64,000 nucleotides of DNA, from NCBI GenBank assembly GCA_043228905.1, contig JBHGNT010000004.1, positions 24,862,001-24,926,000 on the forward strand, read 5' to 3'. Each line of letters begins with the position of its first letter. The first letter of the stretch is position 1. This DNA is from Azolla caroliniana. Taxonomy: Eukaryota; Plantae; Polypodiophyta. The notes below the pieces were generated by a model. The model made no database searches, was not told the DNA's origin, and saw only the letters and a program-made list of their open reading frames with translations. The translations under genes and the position numbers were made by a program. Below are positions 1 to 13,100 of the stretch, one piece after another.

Positions 1-3000
1 GCATTCGTCTATAACATGCTGGGTGGTCAATTTTGGACCCTTAGTATTGTCTTTTGTTTCCTCTTCCAGTATCAATCCTAGCAAATCCGATCCATAAACA
101 CCACCCTCGCTCTGTATTCTTTTGCGCCGTGACTCTACAAGCTCATGGAGTTTAAGATTTATCTTCGTCTCAAGGTTCACACATTTACGGTTACTCTTTG
201 TTGGCAAATATCTGAGAAGAACATCACAACAAACTCTCAACAACACATGGTATAGACACACGTAGATCATTAATTCTGATGTGAGATCATCTGAAGGTGT
301 GTTGGAATTCTAAATTCCCTTTATTTTCAAAATAGTTTCAGTAATGGATGTTGGACTCAGTAGATAATTCTATCATGTGAGTAAGATGAAAAGCTATTTT
401 TTAGTACTTGTTCATATACACCTTTTATGTAACAAACAATGCCGTATAAACTGGTTCAAAACAAAAATATTAGTTATAGTAAAGCTTAACCTATTGGAAA
501 TTAACATACAAGGGTATCTTAAACAAGGTTTTGTATTAACATGATATTGAGTGTTTACATACAGTAAATTGCCTCCTTCCAATAGACACTTGTGAAAGCA
601 GTAGTTGTGCTTTTTACATACCTGTATCCTGGGATTATTGTGTTCTGAACACGAAGTCGAGCAAGCAACTGAAGAAGTTCAACTTGCATTTCAAACACGT
701 CTCTCCCTTCGAGATAGCTAGAGCCAAACAATGACCGCACAAGGGTGACAGCAGTAACATCCTTAATGGGCTTTGCAACTTCTATCTCCAGTGGGCCACT
801 TTGTTCTAACACCTGTTTCTTCCAGTCTTCAACCATTTCCATTGTACTTGCCGTCATGTGAACGACCATTTCCTATCATACAAAGTGCCAAAAGTCGAGA
901 TTAACAACCTTACACAAGACCATGTACAGTAAATCATTTTTCATATTTGAAATGCGTCATGAAATTAAGAGCAAAACCTTTCATTTCGATCCTTCTCAGA
1001 ATAATCAATTTCAGTCTTCATCACTTGTGATTAGTAAAACACCATTGTATTCCACCTTTAGCCATGTTTGTCTACAATATGGGCCCTTTTTTATATGGTC
1101 TTCACTGTATTATATTCATATGCATGGCCACACTTATCTGATCCAAAGCAAATTTGCTTATATATTCAGTTTCTGGTAATAATATCAAACCTTAAACTCT
1201 TCATCACTCTTCTGTCCAAAATCTAAGACATGACTAAGCCATTCTTCCTATCCTGTGAACAAGTGTGTAGAAGTTACATAAACATTCTTTAACCATGTGT
1301 ATACAGTTGTCTACCTTGATTTTCTCTGCGAAGAAGGCCGGCCTCATGATGTTGCGGTGGTGTTCCCACTCTTCTCCATCAATAAGGAGGAGTCCATTTC
1401 CCAACAAGCGAAAGAATGACTTAATGGTAACATTCATTCTCTTAAAATGCTTCACGTCAGCCATCAAGGCACATTTGGCATCTTCTGGTTTGGTTATTGC
1501 CACTATGGCTTGGCTGCCCCACCAATAAACAAAAGGGGCGTCATCTGCATTAACAGTGAGATGAAGAAATCACTCAAAATAGCATATCATGATTAGAGAG
1601 AATTAATTCACCAAAACAAATGGATCGAATACAAGCCAAACATCAAGGGGAAGGAATCGCCACAAAATCGTAATTTGTGAGAAAAAAGCAAATATTAATG
1701 AGAAGGAATCACAACAGAAAGCTACCATGATCGAGAAGGATGGATTAGACTGATTGCGTATCCAATTGTTTACCAAGAACAAAGGGATTAAGCTTCCATA
1801 GACTTCACTTGATTGTGTTGTGGTTTCTTGTTTTGTTCTCAATATTCATGGAAGTTTGTTTGTTTGTTTCTTTGCTTTGGGATTACAGTAGTATAATCAA
1901 AAGGTAGCTGCTATCTTTGTCAACATGTTTGGTGGGCTTTTTAGCTCAGATTCTTTACCTCTGTAAACATTTATAGCTGGGAAGAGGGATTTTTGGCTTG
2001 GATTAAAACCATACCACCACTGTTAACACATTTATAGCTCAGAAGGAGGTTGGTGGGGTTTAGCCCTCCAAATAAAACAGATGTGTTGTCTTACAACAGA
2101 AAACAATCACGATTGAGAAGAAATCACCACAGAAGCACCAGGTGTGAGGAGTCAACATAGAAGCATGAAGGAACCACTACAAAAGGCAATCATGAGTGGG
2201 AAGCAGCCACCACAAAAGCAATGGTGAGTAAGAAATCACTATCACAATAGCAATCATGAGTGGGAAGACACAACTGCAAAAGCACCTACCATAGGTATGA
2301 AATAACAATGAAAAGCAACCGTCATAAAGAAGAAACTAATCACAAACGCATAAAAAATGCATCATTCGGATCAAGCCATTGGGAAAATACTAAAAAACCA
2401 TTTAGTGAGAGAAAAAGAGAAAAAAAAAATTGAAAAACATCACGGAAACATCAGATACGCCAAAAAAGAATGAGCATCAGATAGGGAGAGAAAGAGATTC
2501 AAGTATAAAGATGTATAGTAAGAATGAGAAAAATCATCGTCAACGTTATAAGAGAGAAAAAGGCATCATTAGCACCATCATTAAAGAGAAAAATAGAAAT
2601 ACGAGGGTAAAAATGAGAAACGAATGGTGCCATATTGTCCATAAGCATGCCGCACTATCATCCTTCATCATCCATAACGCATGGTGCATCATTATTGGTC
2701 ATCGTCCGTAAGCATAAGCATGGTGAACTGTCGGTGTCATTATCCTTATCATGCATCACCCATAACTATGGTTCATCATCGTGCATCACCCATAAGTATA
2801 GTGCATCATCAGCAACATCCTTATTAGACATGTTCGTCGTGAATTGCATCCATGCATGATGCACAATCCACAATGCCTCATCCATCAATCCATTCTGGCA
2901 GACCAAGAAACAGGTACATTGTACTATAGTATGTACCTACCTTGATGATGATACGTGGATATGTGCTTGTTGATGAAAGGGAAAAGGCGATCGAAGAGGA

Positions 3001-3256
3001 GGTGATGATGAGAAGGCGAGGGCATGGGAGAGCTTTGTGCTTCTGCATCCATCCTCTTCAACTCTACGAAGTTACCAGTGACAGGAGGATATGGAAGGAC
3101 ATGGAACCCCTGCTCAACAAGGGCTTTGTAAGCAGACCAGGGGCGAATGAAGTAGGATTGAATCAATGAGAACACGAAGCGCAATCCGAAGATGGCAAGC
3201 AAAGACATGGAAATCGCCAGAAAGCTAAAGGAGGAGTCGATGGTGTACGGAGCCAT
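1..3256 (-). CDS. Cytochrome P450, CYP72 clan (CYP709/714/734-like); 5' part, continues beyond window start. Exons 3256-2941, 1544-1315, 872-622, 211-<1
   Basis: N-terminal membrane anchor and Pro-rich hinge, then FVYWWGS, GNGLLLIDGEEWEHHRNIMRPAF (C-helix WxxxR), FGSSYLEG, IPGYRYLPT, GSDLLGLIL and ..VIDEC. GT/AG junctions keep the frame across all four exons. Confidence 0.9.
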
Positions 3257-3533
3257 TTGAGTAGTCTTCCTCTTTTGTCTGTCTTTCAGAATATGTGTGT
3301 GTGTGTGTATGGAAGAACCGATTAATTCCCCTCTATCCTTCCATCTTCTTCTTCTTCTTCTTCTTCTTCTTCGTCATCTGCACCTCCCCTGTTCTTTCTT
3401 CTTTCTGTCTTTCATTCGTTTGATCTTATCACTGTTCTTTAGTCCTTACAATCAGGAAAAAAGGATAAAAAAAGCCCAAATGGAATTGTCATCTTCTAAG
3501 AAACACCTAGGCTTTACTTTCCTGGTTCAAAAG

Positions 3534-4979
3534 TAACGATGGGGAACGGCTCGGTTTGGAACCGAACCGAACCGAACCGAACCGCGAAACCGCGGCATAA
3601 CGGTTTAAACCATAGAACGTAATATATCGTGTTCGTGCAAGCATTCAAACGTTTGGAAACGAACACGTTTGAAATGGGAAAAATACATGCTCCTTTTTTT
3701 TCATTTATTGTCATTACAGTTCTGCTCACAATTCATGCTACTGTTGTCTATGTCTTTGGGTTCGATTCCCAAATTCTCATATCTTTCTCTCTCTCTCTCT
3801 CTCATTAGTACCATGTCATAGCAATATATTTATGTTAGTGTTATAATAATTTTTTTCTTTTGTTTTTTTATTATTAGAACTAAGCACAACCTAGTGTAGT
3901 GGTAAGTTGTTGTGCTATTATTACTTGTGTCTTGGGTTCAATTCATAACTTTCTCATATCCTCTTGTTAGTGTCATGGCAAAATTTTATGTTAATGTCAC
4001 GCTCCTTTTTCTTCTTTTTCTTTCTTTCTTTGTTATTAGAAATTAGCTCACCCGAGTGGTAAGTTGTCATGCTACTACTGCCTATGTCATGGGAAAATTT
4101 TATGTTAGTGTCATGTTCCTTTTTCTTGCTTTCTTTGTTATTAGAAATTGTCACCCTAGTGGTAAGTTGTTATGCTACTAGCCTATGTCATGTTTTCTTC
4201 ATATTCTTGAATATACGTTTTATGAGTTTTTGATCGTTTCTTTTTTTCTTTCTTTGTTATTAGAAATTAGGTCACCCTAGTGGTAAGTTGTTATGCTACT
4301 ACTGCCTATGTCATGTTTTCTTCATATTCTCGAATATACGTTTTATGAGTTTTTGAACGTTTGATTATAATTTATAATGACATATTTTGATTCAATCTCT
4401 ATAGTTCATACTCATTTTTTTGTAAAGTTTTAAAGTGACGATGATAGAGATGTCTTGATGCTTATGTTGGTGGTTCACAATGGATTAGAGTCCACTTACT
4501 GGGATTGAGAGTGAATCAATATATAATATAGACCCTAGTCAATCCAATCCAACTTTGAGATGATTTACCATACACGATTGATTTGAATCATTCTCGAATG
4601 CGAATGCACGTATGGTTCATTCTATGGTTTTAACGTTTCAGTTCAGGTTCAGTTCCAGTTCGGTTTCAACAATTAGAAACCGTGGTTTAATGGTTTTTTT
4701 TTTAAATTTAAAACAAAAAATTTTAAATTATTTTTAAACGATCTTTTCATTTTCATGCCTTATTCTCACATTTTAGGAAAATCTTTAAAATTTTGAAATT
4801 TTAAAATTTAGAATTTGACCTAAGCTAAAAACTGAAACCGTGGTTTTACGGGTTTAATGGCTTAACGGTTTAAATTTTTTTAATGGTTTAGTTTAACGGT
4901 TTTGTGGTTCAGTTCAGGTTTCTAAAAAATTTAACGGTTCGGTTTTGACCCTCTCGAACCGAACCGTTGCCGATTGTTA
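3534..4979. mobile_element. Non-autonomous hAT-type DNA transposon
   Basis: Imperfect TIRs TAACGATGGGGAACGG / CCGTTGCCGATTGTTA, 8-bp TSD TTCAAAAG (3526-3533, 4980-4987), and AACCG subterminal repeats. Confidence 0.85.
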
Positions 4980-5152
4980 TTCAAAAGTCGCCCAAGGTCC
5001 TGATTCAATCAATTTCACTCTAATTTTAAATCTCTTTCTCTCCTCTTCCTTACCAAATGCACTAAGGTTTGTCATTGGACATCTTACAATATCATCTCGC
5101 CAACTTGAGATCGAGAATGTTCATACAAATGGAGTCCTTGAAACGGAAAGGA

Positions 5153-5592
5153 TGTTAAGAATTAGGTGATTAACTACATGTTAATTAGTACCTAATTATG
5201 TGATTAAGTTAAGCGGAAGATTAAGTGATATGTGTGTGTATGTGTGTGAGAGGAAGAGAGAGAGAAGTACACTTATGATCAACACAAGATGGGGGATGAT
5301 TAACTCTATATTAAATTAGCATCATCAAAATCCAAAAATACTTACAATGAGGTATATATGTATACAACTCATGTGCAACGGTGCACATGTGTGAGTAGAA
5401 CATAGGTACAAGGATGTAAGTCCTATATTCAATATACTTGGTAGTGGAGGATCTTGAATGTATCCCCACTTACGTACAAGTACAAAATCCTATTTAAGGG
5501 TTTATAGACTCCTAACTAGATTCTATCTAGGTAAGTACGAAGTTACATGGTTGACTAAATAACTAAACTAAGTTGAGCTTGATCTCTCAACA
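5153..5592. mobile_element. Solo LTR
   Basis: TGTTAAGA...TCTCAACA termini with 5-bp TSD AAGGA (5148-5152, 5593-5597). Its end (TTGAGCTTGATCTCTCAACA) resembles the other LTR ends in the window. Confidence 0.75.
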
Positions 5593-7617
5593 AAGGATAT
5601 ATAGATTATGTCACATACAGATAGAACGAGTATCACTTTAAATGCACGCGTCCAACTTACGTCGAGATAAGGGCAAAATACCAAGTCATACGCGGACCCT
5701 CTCCAAACTATTAGATACTCTAGATATAAAGAAACTAGGTAGATATATAACTTAGAGCTAAAACAACATAGAGAGAATAACTACAAATTTGTTAACAATA
5801 ACCTTTCTAATATTCACCAACATGTAACCAATGAAAAAAAATTCAGGGACATGAATGTGGGACACACCTGCACCACTCGACCTCTCCCTTGCAGAAGCGG
5901 AAAACCAAAGACCAATTGAACGCCCTTGGATGTCGCACCTCAAAGCAACTCGTGGTGTAGAAGCAATTAAGAAGATAAGGGAACGTGAGTTACATTGCCT
6001 GGTACATTTTACATTGGGACCGCGGGCCACACCCACATCGAAACCCTTTGACCTCTCACTCCTTTTCAAGAGACTTGGATGGAAATGAAACTAGGCCTAG
6101 CACAAAGTATTTCCTTTATAGAATATGTTACACCATAACATTTTTTGTACAACAACGTTACCGCATATACTAGGCTTGTTTGTGATCATTTTTCACCATG
6201 CCATAAAAATGTAGTCTTCTATCTGTACTATTTTAGACATTGGCACAACTCAACCTACGCATAAATAGAAGTCGCACCTTACTAGTTCGCAACCTATAAA
6301 TTGTCCCCCCCCAAACATTACTAATGTCCTTGAGCGAAACTTTCTCCATGAAACAACACCACCCTTTCCCCAAAGCTTTAAGTGGACATGTGTAATAAAT
6401 ATCATTTTCCACATGGGATGTGATTCAATATCACCACATCACAAAGTAGTTTTAGCTTAATTAGTTGACATAAAAGAAGTGGAAGTCCATCGGCAAACAA
6501 TGTTACTCGCTTGCGAGGAGAATCCCTTGCAAAAATTTATCATTTTTTCTGTTTTTAAATGTCACAAAATCGTTAGGATTATACTTAACTTGGCAAATTC
6601 AAAATCTTGATGATCACATTAAGTTCAACATGAACTTAATACAATGATATTCCCTCAAGCCATAGGCAATGCACATGTAGAGGAACTCTAAAACATGCTT
6701 CCAATGAATCATCATGTTGTTACATATCAATTAATACACATGTTTGGCACCAACTTTGGATTGCTAATTCCCATACATTGGCCAAAAGCCCACAAACTTC
6801 CACATGAATAATAGTGCTTACGTAGTGGGCAAATTTGGTATTAGTGTATCCCCCACAACTGGAATGAATCTATATTAGTCACTACCCAAATGGTACTAAT
6901 CCATTTATAAAAGTATATTGAGATGAAATCATGAGAAACATGGGTTGCCTCTCTACACAAATATCTGCTTTCATTTATGTCCCTTCATGCTAGCACACAC
7001 TTCAACCTAATGGTCTAAATTGGCCAAAAACATCTAGGGTTTCACACTCCAATGCTTTTGTGAAAGTTAAAGTTGTTCCAAAAGAACTTTGAATTTCTTT
7101 TTTCCTCTTATCTAAAGCATATAACAATTATAAAAGAAAAAATATGAAATTCTGGGAGAATAGACTATGTTCTTTTGGTATTAAGTGACCCCAACATGTA
7201 AATAGCTTCATCTACTCTTCCAATACTCTTTTATCAAGTTAGGTAAACACTAGAGAAGCTCAAGTGGGACATCATAATGATTATGGGGATGATGATTAAT
7301 GGGAGAGAGAACAAGGTGTTAGACATGTTATAATTTGACTAAGTGACTATTGAGACCATGTTACAAGCTAGGTGGTCTTCAAATTGGTTGAACCTCATAT
7401 GGAGGAGTGTATCTCCATAAAAGTCCTTAATTGTATTTAGTAGATAATGGATCCTCATAGAATACTATATGAGCAAGTATTGTTGTTAGTATTATTATCA
7501 ATCAAGCCTCATATCAAGGAGCTCAACTCTATAAAAGTCCCTTATTGATATCAATGTGGGTCTTTGAATGAGACATTAATGTTGGTAATATGATGTGCAT
7601 CAATGCTAACTTAATAT

Positions 7618-8045
7618 TAGGGATCGGCAACGGTTCGGTTTAGGCTTAGCCGATTTGGCCTGATCCAAGCCAAACCGGCTAAGCCTAAACCGTTTACAGG
7701 ATCTCAAACCTGAGCTGAGCCGAGCCGAGCTGGTTCACAAACCGGTTTAGGCTAAACCGGCTTGTGAACCGGCTTGGTAAACGGCTTGTAAACCGGTTTA
7801 GAAACCTCCCTACCTCCCTCTCTCTCTCAGATGATCCCTCCCACTCTCTCTCACGTGTGGTCTCGACTCTCTCTCCCTCTCCCTCTCTCTCCCCTCTATG
7901 TAGTTCCTCTCTCTCTCTCTCTCTCTCTCTCTCCCCTCTGTGTAGTCTCTCTCTCTCTCTCTCCTTATATGTTGTCTCCCTCCCTCTCTCTCTCTCTCCT
8001 CGTTTGTGTAGTCTCTCTCTCTCTCTCTCTCCTTATATGTTGTCT

Positions 8046-8078
<33 letters not shown>

Positions 8079-8422
8079 CTTATATGTTGTCTCCCTCCCT
8101 CTCTCTCTCTCTCCTCGTTTGTGTAGTCTCTCTCTCTCTCTCTCCTTATATGTTGTCTCCCTCCCTCTGTCTCTCTCTCCTCGTCTATGTAGTTCTCCCT
8201 CCCTTACTCTCTCTCTCTCTTTCCCCTTGTCTGTTGTCTCTCTCCCCCTCTCTAAAGTTTATAAATGGCTTAAACGGTTTATCCGGCTTGAGCCGGTTTG
8301 GCGAGGCTCAAGCCAAGCCGAGCCGAGCTCAAACCGTTAAGGCAAGTTCAAGCCTAAACCGAACCGAGCCGAGCCGCTAAGCCAAACGGTTTAGGCTTGA
8401 GCCGAGCCGTTGCCGATCCCTA
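7618..8422. mobile_element. hAT-type MITE with CT-microsatellite interior
   Basis: Perfect TIR TAGGGATCGGCAACGG / CCGTTGCCGATCCCTA, 8-bp TSD CTTAATAT (7610-7617, 8423-8430), and AACCG/AGCCG subterminal repeats. Confidence 0.92.
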
Positions 8423-8630
8423 CTTAATATGATGGTAAATATAAGGTTTCGTAAAAACCAAGTGCTATTATATTATCTAGTTTAAAGGCACATAAACTAC
8501 ATGCATTATATTTGAGTTTTTAGTCAAGAAAAAAGTCTCTTGCTAATAGTTGTAGTTGACTTCCAAAAAAATTATTATCTTATTCTTTTTCCATTTCTCT
8601 GTTTTCAGATATATGTTCACACTTTCATGT

Positions 8631-8960
8631 GTTAGAAACCGCGGTTTAAACGATTTAATGGTTTTTTAAAAAAAATTTAAAAATTAAATTAAAAAAAGAA
8701 GAAGTTTTTAAACAATCTTTTCATCTTCAGGCCTTATTCTCACATTTTAGGAAAATCTTTAAAATTTTGAAAATTTAAAATAATGAAATATTTTAAATTT
8801 GAAATTTAACCTAAGTTGAAACCGAAACTGAACCACAAAACCACGGTTTTTACGGTTTAATGGTTTGAATTTTTTTTAATGGTTCGATTTTAGGTTTCAA
8901 AATTTTTAAACGATTTGGTTTTGACACTCTCAAACCAAACCGAACTGTTGCTGATTGTTA
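8631..8960. mobile_element. Right end of a second copy of the 3534-4979 hAT family
   Basis: Clear similarity to about 4672-4979, ending CTGTTGCTGATTGTTA. No left TIR was found. Confidence 0.7.
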
Positions 8961-10128
8961 GTCTCAATTCAATAAGAGCAAACCCTTTCATATATACCCA
9001 TTATCTCCATCATTAAAGCCATTGGGTAATTCATCAATTAAATAAATATACATATCCTATGTTTGAGGATCATGAGTGATGACTACGTACCCATTTCCTC
9101 TAAACAAGGTTTAGGGTTTAGGGTTTTTATACATGACAACCTTGCATGCCTCATCACCAAACTACCATTTCAACATTGCCAATTAGCCAATAATATAGTT
9201 TAATTTTCGTTTCAATGTCTCCTATGAATTCATTATAGTCACTTCATGGAAGATCCTATTACACCTAGATACGTGGACCTTGCAAGTCATGTGGAAAATT
9301 GCCTTACAAATTACTACAAAGTGAAGGGTCTGGTCATTAGAAATTGTAAGTGTTGAAACTTGAACCTTGCACGTCATGGAGAATTAAGTATTAAGCTAAA
9401 CAATGTGCTGCTTTCATTAAGCACTTGTATTAGATATTCAAAGTTCATACATCAAGTAAATCAGAGTCATAGTATCACAGATATGTAAAAAATAGATGCA
9501 TGCAAGGTTGGGATATGCTCCAAACAGAGTGACAATCAATGCTTACACACGAGTAAAAAGTGGCTTTGTAGTTGTACAAAAACTTTTGAGAAGAGACATT
9601 TCAAATAGATACTCCCCAGAAGTCTAGGCACCATAAAATGTGATGTAAAAGCCCAAAGGATCTCAACAAGGATACAAGCCGTTTCAAATAGAGGGATGCA
9701 AAAAACTTTAAAACAAATATAGCACTACAATTAATACACTTTGCAGATGTCACAACACCTCAAGCATTACATTTATACAATAACAAATTGTCCTCGATGT
9801 ACAGTAATGCACTAGAGCTCTTCTACGAGATACTTTACAAGATGTGTTTTAGTAATATATGATCACATAAAACAAAGGCTGAATATGCCAATGCCAATGT
9901 GATAGAAAAAAGTGGTCTCATCTCATTTGGACACGCACTTCCTGCTATCAATTGAAAATAGCACTTACCAAGAGCATTTTTTTACAAACCACTTCCCATA
10001 AACAAATCCCCGTACATTGACTAAAGCCCAAGGGGCAATCAATGCATCAAAAATGTCACTCTTCCTTTGACATTGACTTGATCTTTACCTTTTACTAGAT
10101 GAAGAAAGATTGACAATGTGGAATTTTG

Positions 10129-13100
10129 CTAAATATCATCAACACGATCAATAACATCAAGAGATTTGACTCTATCAATCCCGATATCTATCATCGGCAC
10201 TAAGTGCACATGATTCAATGACTTTGGTGATAACAGGTCTTCCATTGATCGGCTTGACGAATGGCTCCGACTTTTTGACAAATCCCGTGATGAATCTCCA
10301 TTCCTTTCAAACTCTTGACTTAATCGCATCTCTACCTTTAAATCTTGATTGTTCACATCATGATTTGATGTTTCTACTTGATCTTCAGGAAAGGATTTGT
10401 TTTGCTTCACATCAAGTTGTGTGAGGTCATCAAGTGGTTCATAAAGCTGGTCACCGTGATCTCTGACTTTCTCCGCTGATGTTGCTCTGAATTCTAATAT
10501 GTTATGTTGTGCCAGATTAACTAGATCTTGTAGCAGGAAAAGCATTTGCAAAATGTAATCTTCCGTCTTTTTCCGGTCGGCGTGATGCAGAGTCTGAATA
10601 AGTGAAGAGCTACTCTGAGCTGCGTGTCCCATGTCCAGAGATGACCTGCAATTTCCTCATGTAAAGATGCTTAACAATTTTGTAACACAGTTTCCTGAAC
10701 AAAATGCAAGTAATAATAATTACCCTGTATTTGCCCATTCACCAACCCAGCCAAATCCATGATGTACTCTGCCAATTCAAAATATAGACTTCAAAATGCA
10801 TAGATACTATATAGTACGAGGAGATAACATACAGCAAAACTGTAATTGACAAATATAGCAAAACCCTAATCTCCATGTATAAATAATAATACATATTACT
10901 TGGTTGTGTTGGTTGCAATTGGCACAAGCCAACCTAGCATCTCGTCTAATTCTTCTTTAACACTTGATATGGTATTAAACTGCACAAGATAACATTTGTT
11001 TTTAGTATAAAAATAGTCCCATTTTCCATATGGTATTAGTTGGAAGAAAATTGTAGGGATAGGAAATAAAAGGTGAAAACAGTAAAAGGGAAAAAGCCAA
11101 AAGCAGCGGAAAGAAAACCTGGTTCTTTGTCTTTAAGGCTGCAGGCTGATGCCGCAAGGCAGCCTTGATTGTTGGTGGCAAACTCTGATACAAGTTATCT
11201 CTGGTATCAACTGGAACAGTACCCGGCCGGCACACCTAGCATTGAAAATGTTAATTGGTTGGGCTTATTTACAGTATCCATGTTCTTTTAACTGTTCATG
11301 TGCAGTGAGATAGGTATTTATTACACAAAAAGAGCAACATTGGTTATATACAAGCCCATGGAATTCACTTATGTTCTGTACATCAATTTTTGTACTACCG
11401 AGGTGTATGCTGGTAGTTGACAGACTAGGGTGTATTCTGGTATATAGCCAACAGATAAGGGGTATCTGGGTGTTTTTCTGTTAAATAAAACACGGATGTA
11501 AAAGAGCTTTTTGATTAGTGTAATCATGCCACTGTCAAAAGCAGCATTGAATAGAGAAAACTGATTTGGTGAAATCTGCTGCAAATAAATTGAAATCAAG
11601 AAGAGATTTGCTGGAAAGGGTATTTGATTTGAGAGTACGCTACCAAATTTACGATCAGCAAAGGTCATATCCTAGCAACTCGGTCTTGATTCTATGTGAA
11701 ATGGCCATCGGTTGTATGATGACAGGGAATGGAATCTAGGGATGATTGAGATTCTGGAGATGGCTTGCTACTCTAGATACCTTTTGATCTCCCTCATCAT
11801 ACAGGTAGTAAGGAACAAAATACATAGATTGGGTTTTCCAAGAGCCAGTAATTTGATTAAGTAAACATCATCTACCCACTGATCAATGAAAGCAGACCAT
11901 TTTGTAATGAAGCTGATTGATCTGAAGTATTAAGTTACCTCAATCTCTTTTAAACAGAATTGAACATCTCTAGAAGTTTATAAGCAAGCACATGTGAAAC
12001 TGACCACTAAAAAAACTTAGAAGACGTTTAGATAGACATAAATCTAATATGTCTCAATTGTGGGATTTCTAATTTTGGTACATATGTGATCCCAGGATCT
12101 GAAGATTTTATTCATGGTGTCAGCATATGTCGTAGTTATGATCAGCTCATAAGCGCTCAAAAATCCATTGCAGAAAGGATCACTAAATAATAGACTAAAC
12201 ATGACCAGACTGAGGAACATTTTGAGGTCATTTATCCCCTTCACTCAGATAATTTAGTAACAAAAAATATCCCTCTTCAAGAATTACATACAAGGTGATA
12301 TACTCTTTAATTGTTTGGAACATGGGCACAATTTTCTTTTAGTACATATAAACAAACCTACCACTACATTATAGCATTTACTATATTATCCTTTTGAATC
12401 TTAAAAGTATTTTGTATAGAAAAAGGTCTGTTTTAGAAACATGGATAAAACAAAAGTGATGGTTTTTAATACCACTCAAGCATGTGTAACAAGATCAGAA
12501 CCAGAATTTTTCTTGGCAGAGGAAAAGGTCTCAACCATGACACTCGCAAGGGGTTAAAACAGATGGGGTGATAGCAATGTGTCGTACATGTAGGCCAAGG
12601 CCATCTGGACCATAGCCCCATTACCATTGTCATTGACAAATAAAGATAACTATCACCTGGCACTGATGGTCATTCCCTTGCTTTGGATATCTCTTTATAT
12701 GGGAGAAGTACATATTGGAGATTTTTCGAAGGCAAAGTTTCAATCTATCTATAACTAGATTCTTTAGTAACCTATGTTTAGTTATATTTATATTGATTCA
12801 GCCTTATAGGTTACTTTAAAGAAATATATATCACACCAAGCAAAATAGTTCTCTCCATAGATAGCATTAAGAAACACTGAATCTTTTACTAACTTAAAGC
12901 AGTTTTTTAATCTCAACCTGAGAAATGATGAAAAAACAAAAGAAACTTTTTTTCAAAAGGGAATTTCATTCTAGTATTCTCGCAGATTGGATCCTAAATA
13001 TTGAAAAACAGAATAAGTTCCAAACAAAATAGGAATTAAATCCTCAGCCTACTTTATACTCTCCTTTCCTCAAAAATGTTTGGATGGACAAATCAAATGA

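Noticed and set aside
2020-2880. Purine-rich and CAT-rich low-complexity repeats with short ORFs in P450 intron 1
   Set aside because: Low complexity with no termini or coding signal.
7764-8380. Three overlapping Ser/Leu-rich ORFs
   Set aside because: They are translations of the (CT)n interior of the MITE.
9108-9125. GGTTTAGGGTTTAGGGTT telomere-like repeat
   Set aside because: Only two units; such telo-box-like tracts are common in plant genomes.
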